A stretch of 64,000 nt of DNA, from assembly GCF_006345805.1 (NCBI RefSeq), contig NC_043011.1, positions 27,168,464 through 27,232,463 of the forward strand, written 5' to 3'. Numbering within the stretch: the stretch's first letter is position 1; every line of letters starts with the position of its first letter. Below, piece after piece: positions 1 through 13,829 of the stretch. Origin of the DNA: Octopus sinensis (taxonomy: Eukaryota). The notes under the pieces were generated by a model. It was not told the origin of the DNA, did not search any database, and saw nothing but the letters and a program-made list of their open reading frames with translations. Position numbers and translations under genes: made by a program.

Positions 1-200
1 CAGAGATGCGGTATATCTTCAAGCTAGATTTCTAATGAATATTCTGGAAGTAACAAGTATATTAAAATTGATTTACAAGTAGTCCAAAGTCAGAGTTAAC
101 GGAATAATTGTTAGGGATACTATTGTTACAATTTTCATGTACATAATGTTGTCATAATTTAGCAACATTAAGAGAAACCCCGTTCAATACGAAGTTAGGT

Positions 201-672
201 GTGAAGTGCGAAGTGTATTGAACAGCCAGGAGGTGGAGGCGTTCTCCTGGAGTTAAAATAACAGTATCGTATGTTCTTAAAGGACACTCACATTTAAGCG
301 GCGATAAACATTACTTCTAAGTATAAATACTTCTTTCATCTCTAATAGATATTTTCTTAACGAACTGGTTTGTTAGTTGCAAAACCAATGACTGTGTGAC
401 ACTGGTTTTTCTATATATTGCGAGTTGGGTTAGATTACAGCTATGCCTAACAGACGGGTATCCATCACTGAAGATGATCTAATAGGATCGAAATCACGTG
501 ATGTAATGGACTCCAAGCTACGATAGTAGTGTGTTCTTTCCTCGCTTGAAATATATATCGAGTGCGAAGTGCACTGATTAGTCAGCTGGAGAAAGCATCA
601 TTCTGGGGTTAAAATAGCAGTATTGTGTGTTCTTAAAGGACACCAACGTTTAAGTGGCGATAAACCACTTGA
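201..672 (+). repeat. Imperfect ~120-bp direct repeat (about 201-320 and 560-672), possibly a Penelope-like pseudo-LTR remnant
   Basis: Both copies share gtgcgaagtg...gttaaaata(a/g)cagtat...tgttcttaaaggacac...tttaag(c/t)ggcgataaac. A hammerhead-like core lies between them at 463-503. Confidence 0.5.
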
Positions 673-811
673 TATTTACGAGTGATTCCCAACCAAATCT
701 TATCAATAGAGGTAAAGATTTCTTAGCTATGCAAAAGTTGATATCAAATAATGTTCCTAGATCTCTTTCTGTTCATATTCACTTTTCATTTGTCATTATA
801 CTAAATATCCT

Positions 812-983
812 AAGGCGGCGAGCTGAGAGAATCGTTAAGCGAGCCGGGAATAATGCTTAACAGCATTTCGTCCGTTTTCGCATTCTGAATTCAAATACTG
901 CTGAAGTATTCATGAACACTGGAGTCGATGTAATCGACTTATTCTCTCTCCCGAAATTGCTGGCCTTGTGTCAAAATTTGAAA
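812..983 (+). mobile_element. tRNA-derived SINE, family A (internally deleted)
   Basis: Head aaggcggcgagctgagagaatcgttaagc, B-box-like gaattcaaatac and tail ggccttgtgtcaaaatttgaaa, shared with many other copies in the window. Confidence 0.75.
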
Positions 984-1121
984 TAAGTATATTAGGTATT
1001 CAAACACATGCACACACATAGAATATATGTATATATATACGTATATATATATATGTGTGTGTGTGTTTGTATGTGTGTATGTGCATATAAATATGTATAA
1101 CATATGTATGTATGTATATAT

Positions 1122-1153
<32 letters not shown>

Positions 1154-1164
1154 ATATATATATA

Positions 1165-1207
<43 letters not shown>

Positions 1208-1221
1208 TATATATAGATAGA

Positions 1222-1620
1222 TACTCTTTTGCTTGTTTCAATCATTTGACTGTGGCCATGCTGGAGCACCGCCTTTAATCGAGCAAATCGACCCCAAGAC
1301 TTATTCTTTGTAAGCCTAGTACTTATTCTATCGGTCTCTTTTGCCGAACCGCTAAGTTACGGGGACGTAAACAAACCACCATCGGTTGTCAAACACAGAC
1401 ACACAAACATATACACACAGATACACATATACATATATATGCACATATATACACATATACGACAGGCTTCTTTCAGTTTCCGTCTACCAAATCCACTCAC
1501 AAGGCTTTGGTCAGCCCGAGGCTATAGCAGAAGACACTTGCCTAAGGTGCCACGCAGTGGGACTGAACCCGGAACCATGTGGTTGGCAAGCAAGCTACTT
1601 ACTACACAGCCACTCCTGCG

Positions 1621-1623
<3 letters not shown>
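1222..1623 (-). mobile_element. tRNA-derived SINE, family B
   Basis: The minus strand reads aggcgcaggagtggctgtgtagtaagtagcttgc...ggttccgggttcagtcccactgcgtggcaccttaggcaag (A/B boxes). It is near-identical to copies at 35171, 36503 and 61635. Confidence 0.85.
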
Positions 1624-1661
<38 letters not shown>

Positions 1662-1958
1662 TTTTATACGCACACACATTCCTGTGCATGTGTGCGTGCG
1701 CAGCTATGTATGTATATTCCGCGTGTGTGAAAGTGTATTTCATGAGTACAGCACATCGCACAACCCAATCCCATATACTCACAAATATGCACGCACATAT
1801 AGAGCCACGCGCAGCCACACACCGCACATACACCACACACACCATCATCCTATCCCCTCAACATAGACATATATAACAGGAAATAAGCAGAGAAGCTATT
1901 TGAAAATTGATTTAAGATTTACCAATAATTTGCAACCACGAATTTGTGCGTAAGTTTC

Positions 1959-3200
<1,242 letters not shown>

Positions 3201-3369
3201 CTCTATATATATCTATATATATAATTGCTTCAAATATAAAATTGTTTAATTTCCGTTCATATACAACAAAGTTTGAAGAGGACAGTAGTTTATAGGTATT
3301 TATTTCATGGACTCTAGAAGAATGAAGAAAAAAAGTTAAGCTTGGCAACACCACCACCACTACCACCAA

Positions 3370-5480
3370 CAAGGACCCAAGTAAAGGGAATGTGGTTGGA
3401 AACTTACCACCAATATCTTATTTGCCACTGATGTGGAAACTGATGACGGGCATCATATCAAACAGCATCTATGAGTACCTAGATGAGAACGACTTTCTAC
3501 CAGTGGAACAAAAAGGGTGTAGATGATAGAGCAGAGGAACGAAGGATTAATTACTAATCAATAAGACTATCCTGGATGATTGCAGGAAGAGACCAAAAAT
3601 TTGGCGATGGCGTGGGTGGACTACAGGAAAGCATATGACATGGTCCCACACTCGTGGATTATTGAATGCCTTAAACTGCTGAAGGTTTCCCACAATATCC
3701 TGAAGTAAATACAAAACTCAATGACAACGTGGCGAACAGAACTCACAGCATGGGGAGATAAGCTGGGAGAGGTAAATATCAAAAGAGGAATCTTTCAAGG
3801 GGACAGTCTGTCGCCTCTCCGATTTGTTGTCTGCATACTGCCACTAACAAGCGTTTTAAGAAAGATACGTGTGGGGTAAATACTAGGCAGGGTGAAAGTT
3901 AACAAGCTGTGATTTATGGATGACCTAAAGCTATTCGCTAAGACTGAGAAAGAAATTGAGAGTTTGACGGCGATTGTGCAGATGATTAGCAAAGATATCG
4001 GCATGGAATTTGGGATCGAGAAATGTGGTGTAATGATTCTCAAAAGGGAGAAAACCAGTAAAAGCCATGGGATCAAGCTGGAAAGTGGTGAAATTATAAA
4101 GGAAATCGGAGAGGAAGGATTTAAGTACCTGGGTATCAATGAAAGAGATAAGATGAATACACACAAGATGAAAGAAATATGCAGGAAAGACTATTTGAAA
4201 AGAACTCGGTTTGTGCTCCAGTCGAAGCTACATGGCCACTATAAGATTAGAGCAATTTAACACGTGGGATGTTGTTTTGATGAGATATGGGACAGGAATA
4301 GTATCTTGGAAGAAGCACGAATTAGTAGAGATAGACCAGAGAACAGGTGAATTAATGACAATGAACAAGGAACTACACCCCAAGAGTGATGTGTCAAGAT
4401 TGTATGTGAAGAGGAAAGAAGGAGAATGGGGATTGGTGTGTTGTGAAGGTTGTGTAAGGAAAGAGGAGAATAGCCTGGCTTGGTATGTCAAGGGGAGTAA
4501 AGAAGAAATGATTGAAGCAGTGAAAATTCAAGGAGCCTTAAAAGTAAACGAAGCCGTAGATCCAACACAATTTGAGAAAAGCCAGAGAGAGCAGATGAAG
4601 AAAATTTGGGAGGATAAGAAAATGTACAGTCAGTTCTTGAAGAATATAGATGGAATTGATTGGAATAGAACCTAACAATGGCTGCAGAAAGGAGACTTAA
4701 AAGGGCCCGCTGAGGCATTAGTGTGCAGCGCTTAAGAACTAGCTCTCAGAACAAACTACTCCAAATATCACATTGATAAAAGCACTGACTCGCCACAGTG
4801 TAAGATGTGCTCTGAGAAAAGAGAAAGTATAAGCCATATTGTTAGTAAGTGCTGTAAGCTTGCACAGCGCGAGTACAAAAGGAGACACGACAATGTGGCC
4901 AGGTATGTCCACTGGCTGTTGTGCGATAAAGCAAACCTCGAGTGAGTCGAACGATGGTATGAAAACAAGCCACAGGGAGTAATGGAAAACGAACATTACA
5001 AAATACTTTGGGATTTTAACATGCAGTGTGACCAAGTCACAGAGGCGAGACGACCAGATATTGTGTACATCCATAATGTGAAAAAGAAGCAAAGATAATA
5101 GATGTTGCAATACCAGGCGATTCGGGGGTGAAATGTAAGGAAACAGAAAAGTGTGAGAAATACCAGCCACTCCGGGACGAGATAGGAAAGTTATGGGACA
5201 TGAGGAAATTAATGGTGATACCTGTGGTAATTGGACCATAAGGAGCAGTTTCCAAGGGTTTTGAAAAACATATTAAGAATATTGGAGCTGTCATCAGGCT
5301 CGAGGTGAACCAGAACACAGCATTGCTGGGTACAGATTGTATTCTAAGGAGAGTATTGTCTCTTTGAGTCACAAGAGAAGGCACTATTTGAAATCTTTGG
5401 TGATTTGTTATTGCCTGCTTTCATGTAAAGAATAACCGGTAATTAAAAACTATCCGAGAGTCTTTCATAATAGAGAAAAT
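3370..5480 (+). mobile_element. Decayed 5'-truncated R4/Dong-type non-LTR retrotransposon (RT + CCHC + restriction-like endonuclease)
   Basis: Across frameshifts and stops it translates to AWVDYRKAYDMVPHSWI, IFQGDSLSP, FMDDLKLF, FKYLGI, CKMCSEKRESISHIVSKC...RRHDNVA, RRPDIV...DVAIPGD, EKYQPL, IPVVIG and TALLGT..LRRVL*. An (AAT)n tract follows directly at 5481-5545. Confidence 0.9.
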
Positions 5481-5481
5481 G

Positions 5482-5548
<67 letters not shown>

Positions 5549-5570
5549 CAACAACAACAATAGCAACAAT

Positions 5571-5789
5571 AATGGTTTCAAATTTTGTGACAAGGGCACA
5601 AATTTGAGGGAGGAGATGAGTCAAATTCATCGACTCCAGTGTTCAAATGGTACTAATTTTATCGACCCTAGAAAGATGAAAGGTAAAGTCGACCTCCGCG
5701 GAATATGAATTCAGAACGTAGTGACGGGTGAAATACTACTAAGCATTTCGTTACCCGGCGTGGTAACGATTCTGCCAGATTGCCGCATT
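5571..5789 (-). mobile_element. SINE family A
   Basis: aatggtttcaaattttgtgacaagg...aaagtcgacctccgcggaatatgaattcagaacg...aacgattctgccag, the reverse complement of the family A consensus. Confidence 0.8.
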
Positions 5790-5949
5790 AACAACAACAA
5801 CAGCAACTGTAGCAACGACGACGACGACGATAGCGACATCAACAATAACAACAGCAATGAATATCAATGCTGTATGCCGCAGTCGATAAATATCTAGAAA
5901 CACAATTTCTGACAATGTACAGATTTATTTAAATAATTGATATGAGAAA

Positions 5950-7070
5950 CATATACCAAGACAAAACTGGAAAGAAGAAAATTAAGAAAAAGCAATATTA
6001 TTCTAAATAAAGTAGCAGAGAGAAGAGAATTACATTAAACACAGACTTGCAAATAATTACAGGTGTATGAATTAGAGTACAACACACATAAATGAAAGAC
6101 AAGTTTAAGGAAGAATATTAGATTAATATTTAAAACATAACATGATTCACACGAAAAGTAATAATATCAACATTCTGGCTGTCTTGGTAATAAGTAAAAC
6201 TTATTTTATTTTCAGATGGTGGCGAGAAACGGCCAAAAAGTTACTGAAACAGTGACAGATGGAAGAACTATAGAACATGTGGTTCGAAAGAGAAGGAATT
6301 ATATGGCCAATTCATGGATGTTGAAAATAAATTATGTTGGTTGTGCCCCGCGGACAAAAATCTGAAAGGAGAAAACGAAAAGTTAATTATAGCCAGTGAA
6401 GAACAAGCCATTTAGACGAATTTGATAAAGGTAAAGATCGATAAAACTCAGTGAGAGAGCAAACGCAGAAACTGAGTGAAAGGAGTGAATGCAGTATGCT
6501 AGTACAAAAAGAATATAAGCGCAGGCATGACTGTGTCGCTGAAAGAATGCCAAGGGGTGTTAATCGATAGTGTGGATTTAAAGTAACAGAAGAGTGGTAT
6601 GAAGACGAGTCAGAGGCTGTGACAAAGAATTAGAATTATTGGCTCTTTTGAAACTTCTCCATAAAGCCTAACTACACTAATAAAGTAAGAAAACCTGAAA
6701 TGATTATAGAAAACAAAAAAAAAAAACAATGTAAACTCATAGACTTTGGAAGGCCATATACTAATTGAATGAATATCAAAAAGCTTTAAAAAATCAGAGA
6801 TCAGGACCTAGCCAGAGACAGGAAGATATTGTAGAAGAATAAGACAATAACCACTCCTGGGTAATTAGTGCACATGGCACAGCACTCAATCTGATTCCTG
6901 ACAGGTTCAAGGATTACAAATGAAACTAGCATTGTCGAGCTGTAGAAAAGTGTAATCCAGTATCCTGAAAGAATCATAAGAAAGTATCTTGAGATTTGAG
7001 GAGGCTTGTCATCATACCTCAAGACAATATCCCTGCTAACTTATATAGCCTGTAACAAGAACAACAACTA
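5950..7070 (+). mobile_element. Heavily decayed R4/Dong-type LINE 3' region
   Basis: Relic motifs INILAV (~6165), RHDCVA (~6523), EWYE and RKPEMII, ending IIRKYLEI* before an (AAC)-rich tail. Confidence 0.55.
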
Positions 7071-7074
7071 TAAA

Positions 7075-7440
7075 AATGGTTTCAGATTTTGGCACAAGGC
7101 TTGCAATTTTATTGGAGGGTTAAGTCGAGTACATCCACCCAGTACTCTACGGGGACTTATTTTATCGACCCCGAAGGGATAAAAGGCGAAGTTGATCACG
7201 GCGGAATTTGAACTCGGAAGGTAATGATGCGTTAATGATTCTGCCAATCTGGGGCGTTCAGTAATAACGATAAAAAAGAGAAATGGCTCTTAAATTTTGG
7301 CAGAAGACCAGGAATTTTAGAGTGAGGAAGTTCATTGATGACTTCGATCACAGTGTGCGCTTGTTACTTTACTTTTATCGGTCTCGAAAGGATGAAAGGC
7401 AATTTGAACTTAGCAGGATTTGAACTTGAAACAAGGAACT
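7075..7440 (-). mobile_element. Two adjacent degenerate SINE family A copies (about 7075-7255 and 7283-7440)
   Basis: ttttggcacaagg, tttatcgaccccgaagggataaaagg and ggcggaatttgaactc motifs. Confidence 0.65.
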
Positions 7441-8276
7441 GGATTATATTTGCTTCGAATACAGGGGAATATTGTCCTTCAATAACTAGAAAATTATTCG
7501 GAAATATCGACTGTGCATCTTTAAAAAATTAATCAGTAAAAAAATAATTAAAAATTATGAATAGGGATCTTTTTTGTTTTACTCACAGTTTTCAGTTCTT
7601 CTAATGTTGCTCCAATTGTTTTCAAATTTGCTGTATTTATGTAGTTTTATACACTAATTATGGAAATTAAATTCATTTTGTAATAAATTAATAAATAAAA
7701 TATTAACAGGCTTTTAAAATTTGCAAATTTTGGGTAATTTTAGCCAATCGAAAGCTATAGACATACTGGTACCAGTAACAAGGCAAGGCATAGTCTATTT
7801 AAAAATTCAAGCACGTGTTATTGTCTATTTTCTTTGACAAATGCCTATTTACTGAACGTTTGTACTTTCTCATTTTAGTCGTTTTCACCTGTTTTGTTTT
7901 GAGAAACGGATATTTCGGTTGCAGTCCTGTCACTACCTTATTTTCATAATTTAGAACTGTGTATTATTTTTTTCAGAGACGAATGGATATTTTCGGTTTC
8001 TGAGTAAGTTGTCTGAATGGCCAACTCTGGAACACCCGACGTAGAACTGTCCATATGAAAAGCCTGACGTTCGAAGGTTCAATCCGAAAACTTCCAGGGA
8101 CTGACCTTGTGCTTTGTTAATTGTCATGGTGAAGCTGAGTTTGAGAAGGAACTGAAATTTCAGAATTTTGAACAGTGTATTTTTTGGGGGAAATGAGCGG
8201 GAATTTTCGGTTGCTGTCCTGTCACTACTTCATTTTCATAATTCTGAACAGTGTATTTTTTTGAGACAAACGGTTA

Positions 8277-10762
8277 TTGATCGAATTTACACACCAGTGG
8301 ACAGTTGATCGAATTTTCTCTAGTGGACTGTTGATCGAATTTTTGCTAGTAGACAGTTGACCGACCGAATTTAGACGAGTGGACAGTTGATCGAATTTTC
8401 GCTAGTGGACAGTTGATCGAATTTAGACCAGTGGACAGTTGATCCAATTTGCGCTAGTGGACAGTTGATCGAATTTTCGCTAGTGGACATTTGATCGAAT
8501 TTGCACATGTAGACATTTGATCGAATTTTCGCTAGCAGACAGTTGATCGAATTTACGCCAGTGGATAGTTGATCGCATTTAGACCTGTGGACAGTTGATC
8601 GAATTTGCGCTCGTGGAGAGTTGATTGAATTTTTGCTAGTGAACAATTGATCGAATTTACACCAGTAGACAGTTGATCGAATTTAGACCAGGGGACTGTT
8701 GATCGAATTTTTGCTAGTGAACATTTGATCGTATTTTTGCTAGTGAACAGTTGATCGAATTTACATTAGTGGACAGTTGATCGAATTTTCGCTAGTGGAC
8801 AGTTGATCGAATTTTCGCTAGCGGACAGTTGATCGAATTTGCGCTAGTGGACAGTTGATCGAATTTGCACATGTAGACATTTGATCGAGTTTCCGCTAGC
8901 AGCCAGTTGATCGAATTTACGCCGGTGGATAGTTGATCGCATTTAGACCAGTGGACAGTTGATCGAATTTGGGCGAGTGGATAGTTGATCGAATTTTCGC
9001 TAGTGAATAATTGATCGAATTTACACCAGTGGACAGGTGATCGGATTTAGACTAGTGGACAATTGACCGAATTTTCGCTATGTGGACGGTTCATCGAATT
9101 TTATGCTATTGGACAGTTGATCGAATTTACACAAGTGGACAGTTGATCGAATTTTCGCTAGTGGACAGTTGATCGAATTTAGACTAGTGGACAGTTGATC
9201 GAATTTGCGTTAGTGGACAGTTGATCGAATTTGCACATGTAGACATTTGATCGAATTTGCGCTAGATGACAGTTGATCGAATTTACGCCAGTGGATAGCT
9301 GATCGCATTTAGACCAGTGGACAGTTGATCGAATTTGGGCGAGTGGACAGTTGATTGAATTTTCGCTAGTGAACAATTGATCGAATTTACACCAGTGGAC
9401 AGGTGATCGGATTTAGACTAGTGGACAGGTGATCGGATTTAGACTAGTGGACAATTGACCGAATTATCGCTAGTGGATGGTTGATCGAATTTTATGCTAT
9501 TGGACAGTTGATCGAATTTACACAAGTGGACAGTTGATCGAATTTGCGCTAGTGGGCAGTTGATTGAAGTCACACTAGTGGACAGTTGATCGAATTTGCG
9601 CTCGTGGAGACTTAATCGAATTTAGACCAGTGGACCGTTGATCGAATTTGCGCTAGTGAACAGTTGATCGAATTTTCGCTAGTGGACAGTTGATCGAATT
9701 TAGACCAGTGGACAGTTGATCGAATTTTCGCTAGTGGACAGTTGATCGAATTAACATTAGTGGACAGTTGATAGAATTTAGACTAGTGGACAGTTGATCG
9801 AATTTGCGTTAGTGGACAGTTGATCGAATTTGCACATGTAGACATTTGATCGAATTTGCGCTAGCAGACAGTTGATTGAATTTACGCCAGTGGATAGTTG
9901 ATCGCATTTAGACCAGTGGACAGTTGATCGAATTTTCGCTAGTGAACAATTGATCGAATTTACACCAGTGGACAGGTGATCGGATTTAGACTAGTGGACA
10001 ATTGACCGAATTTTCGCTAGTGGACGGTTGATCGAATGTTATGCAATTGGACAGTTGATCGAATTTACACAAGTGGACAGTTGATCGAATTTGCGCTAGT
10101 GGGCAGTTGATTGAAGTTACAGCAATGGACAGACAGTTGATCGAATTTAGACTAGTGGACAGTTGATCGAATTTGCGCTCGTGGAGACTTGATCGAATTT
10201 AGACCAGTGGACAGTTGATCGAATTTGCGCTAGTGGACAGTTGATCAAATTTTCGCTAGTGGACAGTTGATCAAATTTACACCAGTGGATAGTTGATCGA
10301 ATTTAGACCAGCCGATAGTCGATCGAATTTTTGCTAGTGAACAGTTGATAGAATTTTCACTAGTGGAAAGTTTATTGAATTTTCGTTATTGGACAGTTGA
10401 TCGAATTTGCGCTAGTGGACAGCTGATCGAATTTACACCAATGGACAATTGATGGAATTTGCACAAGTAAAAAGTTAATCAAATTTACACCAGTGGACAT
10501 TTGATCGTATTTTCGCTAGTGGACAGTTGATCGAATTTACACCAGTGGAGAGTTGATCAGATTTAGAGCAGTGGACAGTTGATCGAATTTGCACAAGTAG
10601 ACAGATGATCGAATTTACACCAGTGGACAGTTGATCGAATTTAGACCATTAGATAGTTGATCGAATTTGCACATGTAGATAGTTGATCGAATTTAGACCA
10701 GTGGACAGTTGATCGAATTTGCGCTAGTAGGCAGTTGACCGAATTTACACCAGTGGACAGTT
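8277..10762 (+). repeat. 26-bp minisatellite (~95 units) with higher-order structure
   Basis: Unit agtggacagttgatcgaattt plus a variable 5-mer (tcgct, acacc, agacc, gcgct, agact, gcaca). The marker variant gcacatgtagacattt recurs at 8503, 8867, 9233 and 9832, i.e. 14, 14 and 23 units apart. Confidence 0.95.
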
Positions 10763-10911
10763 TGTATGTGTAGAAAATAGGATGAAAAATATTGATTTTA
10801 AGCGGTTTCAGGTAAATGGCCTGTCCAACTCACATTTTCCAGTGCTCCAACATGACCACGGCCGCATGGCTGAAATGAGTAACATATTACATACAATATA
10901 TATATGTATAA

Positions 10912-10959
<48 letters not shown>

Positions 10960-11285
10960 ATATAGATAGATAGATATATAAATAAATTATATATAATATA
11001 GATACATATATTTTATATACATATATATCAGAACACATATAAATACATATATATATATGTATATACATACATACATACACACATATATATGTATATATAT
11101 ATGTATATATATATACATATGTATAATATGTGTATATATGCATAATGTAATATATATATGTATATATGTATATATATATGATATATCTAAATATACATAT
11201 ATATAATATATATACAAATATTATACATATATATCATATATATATATATGTGTTATATCTATCTATGTATCTATCTTTCTATCTG

Positions 11286-11360
<75 letters not shown>

Positions 11361-11374
11361 TGTGTGTGTGTTTT

Positions 11375-11580
11375 TGGGTTCGGATTTGCTTCCACACCAC
11401 TTGACGACCGATGTCCGTTTGCTTACATCGCCGTAACGTAGCGGTTTGACTACAAAACCCGAGGGATCAAGTACCTGACTGCAAAAGCAAAATAAGTACT
11501 GAAATAGATCTGATCGACTAAACCTCTTCAGGTAGCGCCCGAACAAACCTGCTGTCCAATGATTGCTACAAGTCAAACAT
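11375..11580 (+). mobile_element. Degenerate SINE family B 3' half (duplicated at about 18185-18390)
   Basis: cttgacgaccgatg...ccgtaacgtagcggtt...aataagtact...gatcgactaaa resembles the family B 3' part. Confidence 0.55.
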
Positions 11581-12691
11581 ATTAACGTAGATAAGGAAAA
11601 ACTCTCAGAGAACAACAAAACTTTAAGATCTACCAATCCACGTAGACAGGGAATTCAAATTGATCCGATGTTATTGATTTTTTGTTTTATATCCAAACAT
11701 GAATGTCTTTTTATAAGCTTATAAAGAAACTGGATGCATATTTTTTTCTGCGTTTTGATTCCTCTCCATTGTGAAAAATAAATATTAGTAACAATCGTGT
11801 GAACAGAGAGATAAGCCTCCATACTGCTTTACACTCTAATACAAACGCATACACACATCAACCTATATACATGTACACACATATAGTACTATCTTCGCGA
11901 TATACATATATACATATAATTTGTATGTATGTATGTATGTATGTATGTATGTATGTATGTATGTATGTATGTATGTATGATGTATGTATGATGTATGTAT
12001 GTATGTATGTATGTATGTGTGCGTGTGTGTGTGTGCTCGGGTGTGCGTGTGTGAATGTAATGTATATATGTGCTTAAACGATCCTCGGTCTATGTGTGTA
12101 TTTATGTTCGTATTTGTGACAGTGCGTTTGTGCATGAGTTGTGCAGCTCTGTCACTCTATACAGAAATCTTATTAAAAGTACTGCTGTATTTATTTCGTT
12201 TTTATATCTTTTTGACCTCTGGAAACACTTTTAGAATATATATGAAACATTAGAGCTATGTTATTACTATTGAAATACTCCTAATGTACATGCATCTTAT
12301 GATAGTAAACTCTGTCTTCTTTAATTCGTTCCTGCCGTTGGGAAATTACGCTTACGAAAGTTGCTGATTGCATGCATTAAACTGTGACTGAGAAACTAAA
12401 CCTATATCTGTAGATAGAATTCCCCAAAGAAGGTCACTAAATCTTCGACAAACAGACTAATTTCCAACTAATTCCATCACACAAAATTGAATAATCAAAA
12501 ACAGTACAAAAGTAAGCCGGTTTATCCAGCATTTTGTATATGTTCCGTATTTGAATTCTCTTAAACTATTTCTGTTCCATATCTTCACCCCACGTCAGTT
12601 TCCGTCTTGCTTTGTATTTTTTTATCTCAGAATTTCTCTCAAACAATCTCTCACTGTTCCTCTCTGTTCTTATATTTCCGCCTCCACTCTC

Positions 12692-12732
<41 letters not shown>

Positions 12733-12739
12733 TATATAT

Positions 12740-12792
<53 letters not shown>

Positions 12793-12952
12793 TGTACGTA
12801 TATATGTATATATAAAATAATAATAAATAGTTGTTGTAATAATAAGAATAGTAATAATTTTGGGAGGGGATTCTCGCGTCGAAGACGACGAATGAGTGTT
12901 CAGCTTTTTGCTGAACGACCTGTACAAATGATTTGTTTACAGTGATCAAATG

Positions 12953-13276
12953 TACAGGGTGGACCAAAATGATCTGACACATTTGGAGGCTTAATAAAAG
13001 CACAAAATAGAAAAATGAAAAGAAAAGTTTATTTTCTGAATGTACACATAATGCCATTTTATTCCATTAAGTTTTAAAAAATTAAATAAGCTAAATGCTT
13101 CCCATCATTGTCAACACATGTTGGAGACGTTCATGAAAGTTATGTATCATTTCTTCTGGAATGGTGAAAAGTGATTTCTTTTTGTGGGGATATTTAAAAT
13201 CAAAAGTATTCAGTCATCACCCTCGATCTATTGATGAATTAAAACGTGCAATTTGTGTAGAAATAGCAACCATTCC
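12953..13276 (-). mobile_element. Tc1/mariner-superfamily 3' terminal fragment with an inverted internal piece (duplicated at 19668-19994)
   Basis: Terminus TA-CAGGGTG at 12953. The minus strand reads IPEEMIHNFHERLQ, while plus-strand 13170-13276 reads DFFLWGYLKSKVFSHHPRSIDELKRAICVEIATIP, a typical transposase C-terminus. Confidence 0.7.
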
Positions 13277-13815
13277 CTCTTTTCATATTAAGTTCAGAGC
13301 ATTTGATAATCCCAAATTCCATGCCGATGTCCCTACCGCACTTCTGGACTGTTTTGGTTATAGAACCTAGCTATTTTTCAGATTTCCCAAACATTTTCAG
13401 GTCATCCATAAACAGAAGATAGTTCAATGATAGGCCTTTCTTCCCACATTGGTAACCCATCTTAACTTTCCTATGTGTCATTATTATGGGTATTAGTGCA
13501 ATTACAAAAAGTAACGGAGAAAACGAATCACCTTGGAAGATTCACCTTTTAATATTAACTTCTCCAAGAAATACATTACTTGAGTACAATTTGATTTTCC
13601 CCTCTTTCATGCTATGCATCAGAAACTTTGTGATGATGTCAGCAACAACACCAAACGACTGCAGGCTTTCAATGATCCAAGAATGAGGTATCATATCATG
13701 TCTTCTTTAAATCAATCCAAGCCATAGAATGTTTGTATGATGTTTTTTACAATGTCTCAAAACTGTTTTATCGATGACCAGATGATCCTTGGTACCCTGA
13801 GAACTCTTCCTACAT
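13277..13815 (-). mobile_element. Decayed R4/Dong-type RT fragment (duplicated at about 19995-20505)
   Basis: The minus strand reads GTKDHLVIDK, DMIPHSWII, IFQGDSFSPLLF, LLFMDDLKMF and DIGMEFGIIKC. Confidence 0.85.
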
Positions 13816-13829
13816 TTGTTTTTTTTTTT

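Noticed and set aside
6200-6260. Splice acceptor ttattttattttcag followed by ATG
   Set aside because: It lies within a decayed Dong-type LINE, and the downstream frame closes quickly.
8371-9376. Repetitive minus-strand ORFs (KFDQLSTSENSINCPLAQIRSTVHWS)
   Set aside because: These are translations of three 26-bp satellite units, frequently interrupted by stops, with no sign of coding constraint.
8277-10762. CRISPR-like look of the constant/variable 26-bp array
   Set aside because: The variable part is only 5 nt and is reused from a small set. There are no unique 25-45 nt spacers, no cas genes, and the context is eukaryotic.
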